A DNA stretch of 23,190 bases. Origin: Nanopusillaceae archaeon. Its GTDB lineage: Archaea > Nanobdellota > Nanobdellia > Nanobdellales > Nanobdellaceae. This document shows, piece after piece, positions 7,497 through 14,897 of this stretch; position 1 is the first letter of the stretch, and the number at the start of each line of letters is the position of its first letter. The notes beneath the pieces are model-generated. The model was not told where the DNA came from. It did no database searches and saw only the letters and a list, made by a program, of their open reading frames with translations. The position numbers and the translations under genes were made by a program. The stretch covers positions 1-23,190 of the forward strand of contig JAVYNJ010000009.1 in NCBI GenBank assembly GCA_038735675.1, in the 5' to 3' direction.

Positions 7497-8500
7497 ATTA
7501 AGAATGCAATGGTAGATATTATTAGCTGTAAAATACATATAGTAACTACTACTCTATTTTCCGTTGCTTTTTTAAATAGTTTTCTATTTAATCTAATTGC
7601 AAAATGTGTTATACTATATATTTTATCGTATGGTTCAGAAAGATTATTATTTTTATCTGGAATTCCAAAATTTTCTTTATAAATTCCATTTTTTAAACCC
7701 CTAAGAAATAGAAGAAGTTCTAAGAAGTATAAAGTATAAGAAATAACTCCAAACTTTTCCATATTTCCTATTATTACTAAAGATCCGTATAAAGCTCCAA
7801 TTCCATAGGTAAATGTATTTCCCGGAAAAACTTTTGCAGGATATTTATTAAAAATAAGAAAAGATATTAGAGAAGAAACGATTATTATGCATATCGTAGA
7901 TATATATAACAAACCAACTTGAAGTGCTTTTAATCCTAAGAATGAAAATAGTATTATACCCATTGATGTTTCTAATCCATTATAACCAGCTATCATATTG
8001 AAAGCATTAGATGCTCCAACAATTCCAATGGGTATTAATAAGAATATATAGAGTAATCCTAAATTAACAGTTCCTAAAAATGGAAAATTAATTATAGTAT
8101 TTCCGGATGCAGTTATAATTAAGGGCAGAGATAAAATACCAGTTATTAAGACTTTTTTCCAATGAACTATTCCTTTTTTCCATCCTAGAAAATCATCTAA
8201 AATTCCTATAATTGTAGATAAAGATAAAACGGTTATTATTACAAATATTTGTAATAAATTATGTATAGTACCTAAGATATAGGTTTTTATTGAAATGTAT
8301 AATAACAAAGAAATAATTATTGAAAAGATTACATAAAATCCTCCAGCTTCTACTACTTCTAGCTTTTCATATTTATTCATATCTTTTCCAACAAATTTCA
8401 ACTCTTTTCCTATTTTAATCCATTTTTTTACTAGAAAATAAGTTAATAAAAATGAAAATAGTGCAATTAGTAACAATATAAATAATTCTATACCTCCCAT
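7493..8500 (-). CDS. aglH: Dolichyl-phosphate GlcNAc-1-phosphotransferase (AglH / Alg7-type GPT, MraY-WecA superfamily)
   Basis: Motifs GKDMNKYEKLEVVEAGG, ILDDFLGWKKG, NAFNMIAGYNGLE and FPGNTFTYGIGA. These parallel the eukaryotic/archaeal GPT motifs G.DlnK...pE.gG, DD, NAxNxxAGxNGLE and FxGDTFxYxxG. The protein is polytopic and 335 aa long. Confidence 0.85.
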   Translation of the reverse strand: MGGIELFILLLIALFSFLLTYFLVKKWIKIGKELKFVGKDMNKYEKLEVVEAGGFYVIFSIIISLLLYISIKTYILGTIHNLLQIFVIITVLSLSTIIGILDDFLGWKKGIVHWKKVLITGILSLPLIITASGNTIINFPFLGTVNLGLLYIFLLIPIGIVGASNAFNMIAGYNGLETSMGIILFSFLGLKALQVGLLYISTICIIIVSSLISFLIFNKYPAKVFPGNTFTYGIGALYGSLVIIGNMEKFGVISYTLYFLELLLFLRGLKNGIYKENFGIPDKNNNLSEPYDKIYSITHFAIRLNRKLFKKATENRVVVTICILQLIISTIAFLI

Positions 8501-11500
8501 ATGCTTTTATATTTTTCTAAGCCATATATTTCTGAGCATTTATTAATTTCTTCTAAGTTTGTTGCCAAATATAGGCAGTATTTATATTCTGGTACATCAA
8601 AATTTTCTGGGTAATTTATTTTCCATATTTTTGCAGGCGAGACTTCTCTATATAAAAATGGAGGTACGTAACCGTATAGTAAATTTACTATGGTTGGATA
8701 GAAGTATCTAATTAATCTAAAGTATGGTTCTCCTTCATTAAAGAAGTAAAGTCTCACCCATGTATAGTTTCTAGATTTTTGAGATATGAAAAAGGCATTA
8801 GATATAGAAAGAATTCTATTTTCTTTTATTAAACTTGGAGTAACATAAAGACATCCATTATATTCTGCATTTTCAAATTCTAATAAAATTCCATCAAAAT
8901 ATACACAACCTAGGGATAAATTATATACTCTATCTCTATAAAAAATATACAAAGTTGCATTGATTATATTCAAAGGATTTATTTTTTCTTCAATTAAATT
9001 CTTTCTTAGTTGTTTTATTTCTATAATTGGCTCAGAAAATATAAGATCTACTTTGAATATTATACCACAATCTAAAATATTTAATTCTGGTATGCATCTT
9101 GGGATTCTTTCACCATTTATATAAATATTTTCATCTAGGAAAAAGCTTCCATAGTAAGATAATCTGTTTTCGTTAGCTAATAAGTAATAAGATCTATTAT
9201 TTATATTAATTCTAATTCCCTCAAAAATAATATCTCTCTCAGAGATTAAAGAATTAAAATTATTAATCCAAGAATGTTTATCAAACATTTCATCAGATCC
9301 CAACTTAGTAAATTGATAAGATTTTCCAATATCTGTAGGATCTATATATAAATAAGAAGGTTTTAGATATTTCATATTGTAAAGTTTTTCTAAAATAATT
9401 TTTTCTTCTTCACTTAAATCAAATTCTTTTATTGTTTCGAAATCTCCGTTAAACTTATATAAAAGATTTATCCATTCATTTTTTAACTTTCTTTTTATGT
9501 TTTCAATGATTTTTAATTCTTCTTCAGTAAAATTAACTTTTTTATAAATATAATCGTAAAATATTTTGTTTTTATTAAATAACTCTAATGTTTTAAAGGT
9601 TTTATAATCATAGACAGAATGTATATATAACAATTCCAAAGATTCTAAAAAATTGTTACCAGATAGACCGTATCTACCCATTAAATGATTCCAATATGGA
9701 TATGAATTATCTCCAGATAGCCAAACGGTTCTATTTGCAATAACTCTTCCATAATATCCATAATCCCACCAAAAATGAATTATCGCATCTTCTTCGGAAT
9801 ATCTATTTAAATACAACATAGAATTTATTATGTAATCTTCAGTTCCGCTGAAATAAATTGGAAGAAAATAGTTTGTTATATATCCAAAATTATTATAAAT
9901 TCCATAAAGAATTATAAAAAGTATAGAATATTGTAAATGTTTTGTTAAATCTATTTTTTTCTCTTTTAATAAATAATTTTTAACTATAAAATAGATATAA
10001 AAAAATACTGGAATTAGTATTGGAAAAATAATTATTTTTGTTTCAGAATAGTATTTAAAGAACAAATTGAATGCTGTTATTGCTGAAATAAATAACAATA
10101 TATTTATTGTTATTTCTAAAAATAAAGAGATTCCTTTTCTGTTAATTTTAAAATGATCTAGCCATCTGATAGAATTTACAAATAATAAAGATATTGAAAA
10201 ACCACTAAAGAAAGCCAATCTATAAATATATTTTCCAATTATTAAACAGATTATAGAAATAGTTATAATGAGAAGATCTTCTTCAGAAATTTCTTTATTT
10301 CTAAAAATTATTATTAGCAATATAGGAATAAAAGAAATCCAGGCAATTAAAGTTGAAATTTCTAAAGATAATAAGTTATCAAGGAAAAATAAAGATAAAA
10401 ATAAGAGAAGAGAAGCCGATAATGATATTCCAATATCTAATTCTTTTTTCTTATTCCATAAAAGATATGATAAACCAATAAAAGAAGCAATTAAACCTAG
10501 TACGGTATATGTTTTAAGATATTGAATTCCTGAAAATCTTTGATATTCTGCTACAGTAGTGATCATTCTGTCTGTATATGGACTTACAAGATTGATTAAA
10601 TGTTTATATGCAAATGGAAAAGATAAGAAAATTCCTATAAATATCAAAATAATTTTATTCCAAAGTTTTTCTTCTATTTTAAGTATGTTTAGTTTTTTAA
10701 ATTTCTCAAATATTTTTAATTTGTTAAATAAAATTTCTATAAAATATAATAAAGATACTGCAACAATTATTAGGTTATGAATCTCTAAAAATGAGTGTAA
10801 GGTAATTTTTTTGTATTCTAATAGAGAAAAATATGGTATAAAGAAATTATAGATATAAAATTCTTTATTTTCTTTTCCAAGCAAAAATCTAATAACTTCA
10901 TTTGCACCAATTATAGTTGGAATTATTATCCATCCTCCCCATCCCTTTCTAGCTAAAATGGTTGAAAAAACTAAAAGAACATAAAAATATTCTTTTGAAG
11001 ATTTAAAATGAGGATATAAAATTAAAGCAAATAAAAATAAATAAAATACAACAAAAGTTTGTAAATGATCGCTATTTGGAATAAAATTAATTAGATAATA
11101 AATTAAAAATATTCCAAATATTAAGATTAGAATTAGTATAATCTTTTTACTAACACTTTTTTCTTTTTCACTTTTTATGGCTAAATAGTAAAATAAAAAT
11201 GAAAGCGTTATAAACGGAAGAGCTCCTAATTCCGTATCAAAAGCAATAATTCTCATAGTAAACAAAGAATTTATTGAAAATATTATTGAAGATATTAGAG
11301 CTAAAATATCGTCTTTAAATAATTTTTTGGCAAATATAAAAAAAAGAATAGAAGATATAGCAAAAAATAATGGAATGGAAAAATTAGCAGATAACCAAGT
11401 TAATTCTCTAGCTATTGGAATTATATTATATAATTTCAAGATATTTAAAAAACCAGGAAAAGTATTTAATAAAATCAAAGAAATGTATCCTAGATAAGAA

Positions 11501-11736
11501 ACTAAATTTCTGTTATAGTATTCAGTTCCCAGTGGGTAATATCTATTAAAGTCATAATCATTTATATGCCCCTTTTCGTATAATTCAATCATATATTGAT
11601 AGAATAAATAAGGATCTGGACCAACTAAATTATAATCATATAAATTATTTAATATTAAGCCTTTTGATCCAAAGGCCGTTAAGAAAATGAGAAGAATTAG
11701 TAAGATATTTTTTAAAATATTATATATTCTTTTCAT
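8488..11736 (-). CDS. aglB: Oligosaccharyltransferase AglB (STT3 homolog)
   Basis: WWDYG motif at aa 656-660 (nt 9757-9771). N-terminal loop motif GPDPYLF (compare the STT3 DPW/YFNYR motif). AFDTELGA (compare DNE/DxE in external loop 2). A DxxK candidate, DIGK, at aa 802-805. About 13 predicted TM segments precede a large C-terminal soluble domain. The gene overlaps aglH by 13 nt. Confidence 0.9.
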   Translation of the reverse strand: MKRIYNILKNILLILLIFLTAFGSKGLILNNLYDYNLVGPDPYLFYQYMIELYEKGHINDYDFNRYYPLGTEYYNRNLVSYLGYISLILLNTFPGFLNILKLYNIIPIARELTWLSANFSIPLFFAISSILFFIFAKKLFKDDILALISSIIFSINSLFTMRIIAFDTELGALPFITLSFLFYYLAIKSEKEKSVSKKIILILILIFGIFLIYYLINFIPNSDHLQTFVVFYLFLFALILYPHFKSSKEYFYVLLVFSTILARKGWGGWIIIPTIIGANEVIRFLLGKENKEFYIYNFFIPYFSLLEYKKITLHSFLEIHNLIIVAVSLLYFIEILFNKLKIFEKFKKLNILKIEEKLWNKIILIFIGIFLSFPFAYKHLINLVSPYTDRMITTVAEYQRFSGIQYLKTYTVLGLIASFIGLSYLLWNKKKELDIGISLSASLLLFLSLFFLDNLLSLEISTLIAWISFIPILLIIIFRNKEISEEDLLIITISIICLIIGKYIYRLAFFSGFSISLLFVNSIRWLDHFKINRKGISLFLEITINILLFISAITAFNLFFKYYSETKIIIFPILIPVFFYIYFIVKNYLLKEKKIDLTKHLQYSILFIILYGIYNNFGYITNYFLPIYFSGTEDYIINSMLYLNRYSEEDAIIHFWWDYGYYGRVIANRTVWLSGDNSYPYWNHLMGRYGLSGNNFLESLELLYIHSVYDYKTFKTLELFNKNKIFYDYIYKKVNFTEEELKIIENIKRKLKNEWINLLYKFNGDFETIKEFDLSEEEKIILEKLYNMKYLKPSYLYIDPTDIGKSYQFTKLGSDEMFDKHSWINNFNSLISERDIIFEGIRININNRSYYLLANENRLSYYGSFFLDENIYINGERIPRCIPELNILDCGIIFKVDLIFSEPIIEIKQLRKNLIEEKINPLNIINATLYIFYRDRVYNLSLGCVYFDGILLEFENAEYNGCLYVTPSLIKENRILSISNAFFISQKSRNYTWVRLYFFNEGEPYFRLIRYFYPTIVNLLYGYVPPFLYREVSPAKIWKINYPENFDVPEYKYCLYLATNLEEINKCSEIYGLEKYKSIWEV

Positions 11737-11756
11737 TTAGATTTACTAATCATAAA

Positions 11757-11766
11757 TATTTTAAAT
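11757..11766. promoter_or_regulatory. Central AT-rich TATA-like element (tATTTTAAAt) shared by divergent aglB and rps28e
   Basis: The intergenic spacer is 51 bp. The element centre (~11761/2) lies ~25-27 nt from both divergent ATGs (11736 on the minus strand, 11788 on the plus strand). Confidence 0.35.
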
Positions 11767-11787
11767 TTTTTATAGGATATTTAGAGA

Positions 11788-12081
11788 ATGCCTAAAAAGG
11801 TAGTTGAAAAAGTTAGTGAAGAAGGGATTAAACAATCGGAACAAAACATAACTAAGGAAAATACAGTTAATTGGAGTATTTCTTATAGAGCAGAAGTTTT
11901 AGAAATAGTTGGAAGAACTGGAATGAGAGGAGAAGCAACGCATGTCATTGTAAAAATTTTAGATGGACCAAACTCTGGAAAAATTTTAAGAAGAAACGTA
12001 ATAGGACCAGTTAGAAAAGGAGAGATAATTATGTTAAGGGAAACAGAAATTTCGGCTATGCCTATAGAGAAGAAAGATTAA
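11788..12081 (+). CDS. rps28e: 30S ribosomal protein S28e (with ~30-aa N-terminal extension)
   Basis: The core [53 protein letters not shown] matches the S28e pattern (GRTG..GE...V.....G......RNV.GPVR.GDI..L.E.E). Confidence 0.88.
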   Translation: MPKKVVEKVSEEGIKQSEQNITKENTVNWSISYRAEVLEIVGRTGMRGEATHVIVKILDGPNSGKILRRNVIGPVRKGEIIMLRETEISAMPIEKKD

Positions 12082-12083
12082 AA

Positions 12084-12257
12084 ATGATTATAGAAAAAAT
12101 ATGTTCATTTTGTGGAAGCAAAATAGAGCCAGGTACTGGGTTAACTTATGTACTAAATGATGGTAGAATCTTAAATTTTTGTTCTAGAAAGTGTTATAGA
12201 AATTGGGAACTAGGAAGAGATCCTAGAAAACTTAAGTGGGTTAATAAAAATAAATGA
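12084..12257 (+). CDS. rpl24e: 50S ribosomal protein L24e (57 aa; absent from the supplied ORF track)
   Basis: My own translation is [57 protein letters not shown]. It shows the L24e pattern C.FCG..I.PG.G...V..DG....FCS.KC with a four-Cys zinc ribbon. The gene starts 2 nt after the rps28e stop. Confidence 0.85.
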   Translation: MIIEKICSFCGSKIEPGTGLTYVLNDGRILNFCSRKCYRNWELGRDPRKLKWVNKNK

Positions 12258-12844
12258 CTTCTTTTTTAAAAAAATTCTTAATAATCTTTTTTATTTTTTT
12301 TATATCTGCAAGTTTCTTTTATGAAAATTTTTATAAACCCTCTTTATTTTTGAATATAACAACACCGGACGGAAAAAATTATACTCTATCTTTTAACAAT
12401 TTAGATCTAATAAGGATGTCTATCTATGGAGTTATAAGAAATATAAACTTAGAAAAAGGTTTAAATAATACAGAAAAAGTAAAGTTATATTCAGAAAAAC
12501 TTAATGATCTCATCATAAAAAATAAAGAATATTATAATTTTTACTATATGGAATTCCAAAAATTTTATCCAGAGAGATATTTTATTTTATGTGTAGAGGA
12601 CTCTTGTAGTTATTTCTTCTTTTCTATTTCAGGTTTAATTCATTTAGAGAATGGAAATTTAAATATTGAAAAGCCCTTAATAGTTTGGATCGATGAGAAT
12701 TATTTAAATAATTTTATTAAAATAATTGAGAAAGGAGACAGTAGGATTTTACTATACCTGAAGGAGGGAATTATTAAGGGATATTTTAAAGTTACAAATG
12801 TCGAAAAAGTTGTTGATAGAATAATAAAAGAATATAGATCTTAA
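12254..12844 (+). CDS. Hypothetical N-terminally membrane-anchored/secreted protein
   Basis: The ATG overlaps the rpl24e TGA (aaATGAct). N-terminal hydrophobic segment [21 protein letters not shown] recognised no family motif. Confidence 0.6.
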   Translation: MTSFLKKFLIIFFIFFISASFFYENFYKPSLFLNITTPDGKNYTLSFNNLDLIRMSIYGVIRNINLEKGLNNTEKVKLYSEKLNDLIIKNKEYYNFYYMEFQKFYPERYFILCVEDSCSYFFFSISGLIHLENGNLNIEKPLIVWIDENYLNNFIKIIEKGDSRILLYLKEGIIKGYFKVTNVEKVVDRIIKEYRS

Positions 12845-13689
12845 GTTTCTGACGGGTTTATAGATTTTATTATCAATATAAATAAAATAGTTGCCATAGG
12901 TAATAATATTAGAACTGAAAATAATTGTAATGAAAATATCATTTGGCTAGAACCAGCTATACTTCCCATTAATGTGGTTAATATTATTGTAAATATTATT
13001 CCAACAACAACTAAAGTTATGTAAACTTCTAGCAAAACTTGTATAGTATTTGAGTATTCTATTAGATTTCTTTTGTATTCTTCGGCAAATTGTTTGGCTT
13101 TTCCATATAGAAATTGATCTAAGGATCCCCCTTCAAGTAAAATAGATCTTATACCTTCTAAAACTTCTTTCCAATTTCTTGAAGGGGATGACATTGCTTT
13201 ATAGTGTAATGCTACTGGCAAGGAAATCCCCATCGTAGTTACTAAATCATATATTTCCTTTGAATCTTTTCCAATTTCTGAAAATTCTTTATATTTAGCT
13301 AAAAGTTCAAAGAGATTTAGAGGATTAACTCCAGAAGACGCTAATGCGGCCATATATATTGTAGCAAAATATATTGAATAATCTATTTTTCTTTTTCTCT
13401 CAGAAGCCTTTATAGAGGGTAAGGATCTAAAAAATATTACTCCTATTAAAAATCCAATAACTGAGAAGCCTATTGACATAATTAAAGGTATAAATATTAA
13501 AATATTTCTTAAAAGTATTAAAGAAAGTAATGAACCCAACATAAAACCAGCAAATGCCATAGAAAATACAGTTAATATTATATATTTTTCTGATTTTTTT
13601 ACATAGGAAATTAAGTCTTCTTTTATATTCGCTTTTTTCATTTCTTCGTCAATATCCTTAAACAAGTTTAGTAGGAAATTTGTTATCAT
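12841..13689 (-). CDS. FlaJ/TadC-family (T2SS-F domain) platform membrane protein, equivalent to the N-terminal half of FlaJ
   Basis: Three TM segments, then the cytoplasmic block RKIDYSIYFATIYMAALASSGVNPLNLFELLAKYKEFSEIGKDSKEIYDLVTTMGISLPVALHYKAMSSPSRNWKEVLEGIRSILLEGGSLDQFL, then further TM segments. This is the typical first T2SS-F domain of archaeal FlaJ/PilC-like proteins. Confidence 0.72.
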   Translation of the reverse strand: MITNFLLNLFKDIDEEMKKANIKEDLISYVKKSEKYIILTVFSMAFAGFMLGSLLSLILLRNILIFIPLIMSIGFSVIGFLIGVIFFRSLPSIKASERKRKIDYSIYFATIYMAALASSGVNPLNLFELLAKYKEFSEIGKDSKEIYDLVTTMGISLPVALHYKAMSSPSRNWKEVLEGIRSILLEGGSLDQFLYGKAKQFAEEYKRNLIEYSNTIQVLLEVYITLVVVGIIFTIILTTLMGSIAGSSQMIFSLQLFSVLILLPMATILFILIIKSINPSET

Positions 13690-13727
13690 TATACTTAAAT
13701 ATATGATTTAAGAAAATTATAAATATA
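13690..13727. promoter_or_regulatory. 38-bp divergent promoter spacer between the two platform-protein halves
   Basis: Sequence is tatacttAAATATATgatttaagaaaATTATAAATAta. AT-rich TATA-like strings face both ways. The spacing forces the two promoters to interdigitate. Confidence 0.35.
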
Positions 13728-14897
13728 ATGAAGAATATTGCTCCAGATCCAGAATTATATGAAAAATTCGTAATTTTCGGTTATAGTATTAGACAAGAAA
13801 AATTTATTTTATTACTTTCTATTTTTTTCTCTGTAATCATTTTAATATTTGGGATTTTTTTTAAACTTTATATAAATTATATTACCCTAGCAATTTTAAT
13901 AATTCTAGTTTATTTTATTTCAGCATTTCCTTACATTTTTTATAAAACATTAGATAATCAGAAGAAGAACAAAATTTTAGACGAATATATATCTTTTCTT
14001 AGATCTCTTTCTGAATCTTTATCTTCAGGAATGACTTTGCAACAAGCCCTAAAAAATATAAGTGATATAGGATATTCTGAATTGGGAAAATTTATTAAAA
14101 AGTTATATGTTTGGATTTCTTGGGGAATAGATTTTAAAAAAGCTTTTGAGATGTTTAATTCTTATTTTAGAGATAATAAAGAAATAAGGAGAGCAAATGC
14201 AGTTATTTTAGAGACTTATATCGCTGGGGGAGATTTTTCAAAGACTCTAAAATCTGTAGCTGATGATATAGAAAGTATAAGAGAATTAGAAAAATTTAGA
14301 ATATCTTATCTGAGACAACAGGTTTTAGTTATGTATATAGTATACGTAGTTTTTATAGGATTGCTTATAGGAATATTGCAAATTCTTAAGCCTATGATGG
14401 TTCAATTTTCAAGTAATATAGGAGGTTTTGGAGTTGGTTTTCAAACTGTTGATATCAAGATGATGAAAAATGTCCTTTCAATTGCTATAATAATGGAAGC
14501 TTTATCGATAGGAATAATAAATGGATATATAGAATCAAATAGAATTTCTTCTAGCTTTAAACACATAGCAATAACGCTCTCAATAGCTATAATTTCAATA
14601 GTTTTATTTATATTACCACCTCTTGTTAATATAGAAATAAATATTCCAGCTTTTAATACGATAAATGATCTGATTGAAATAAAAATAAAAATTTATGTAG
14701 ATATGAAACCTTTGGAAAACAATTATGCAAATATAAATATAATAGGACCGGAATCAATTTATGATAGAGTATATGTCTATTTTGGTGAGGCATCATATAT
14801 TTTTGTTCCTAAAATTCCAGGAACATATGAAATTACAGTATCTATAAACTATATGGGAAATAATTATAAGGAATCAAGGAAAATAACCGTATCATGA
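13728..14897 (+). CDS. FlaJ/TadC-family (T2SS-F domain) platform membrane protein, equivalent to the C-terminal half of FlaJ, with an extra C-terminal Ig-like domain
   Basis: Cytoplasmic block ILDEYISFLRSLSESLSSGMTLQQALKNISDIGYSELGKFIKKLYVWISWGIDFKKAFEMFNSYF...ILETYIAGGDFSKTLKSVADDIESIRELEKFR (T2SS-F/TadB-C pattern) lies between TM pairs. The last ~90 aa are beta-rich and end in PGTYEITVSINYMGNNYKESRKITVS. Confidence 0.72.
   Translation: MKNIAPDPELYEKFVIFGYSIRQEKFILLLSIFFSVIILIFGIFFKLYINYITLAILIILVYFISAFPYIFYKTLDNQKKNKILDEYISFLRSLSESLSSGMTLQQALKNISDIGYSELGKFIKKLYVWISWGIDFKKAFEMFNSYFRDNKEIRRANAVILETYIAGGDFSKTLKSVADDIESIRELEKFRISYLRQQVLVMYIVYVVFIGLLIGILQILKPMMVQFSSNIGGFGVGFQTVDIKMMKNVLSIAIIMEALSIGIINGYIESNRISSSFKHIAITLSIAIISIVLFILPPLVNIEINIPAFNTINDLIEIKIKIYVDMKPLENNYANINIIGPESIYDRVYVYFGEASYIFVPKIPGTYEITVSINYMGNNYKESRKITVS

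Noticed and set aside
7497-7538. Longer 595-aa version of the flippase ORF starting at 7538
   Set aside because: It would overlap aglH by 46 nt. The ATG at 7496 gives the ATGA start/stop coupling seen at two other junctions in this window, and it begins with a sensible MKIVF strand.
10268-10780. Two plus-strand ORFs (85 and 73 aa) inside aglB
   Set aside because: They lie entirely antisense to the TM region of AglB, whose identity is secured by WWDYG and other motifs. They are Ser/Ile/Lys-rich translations typical of antisense AT-rich sequence.
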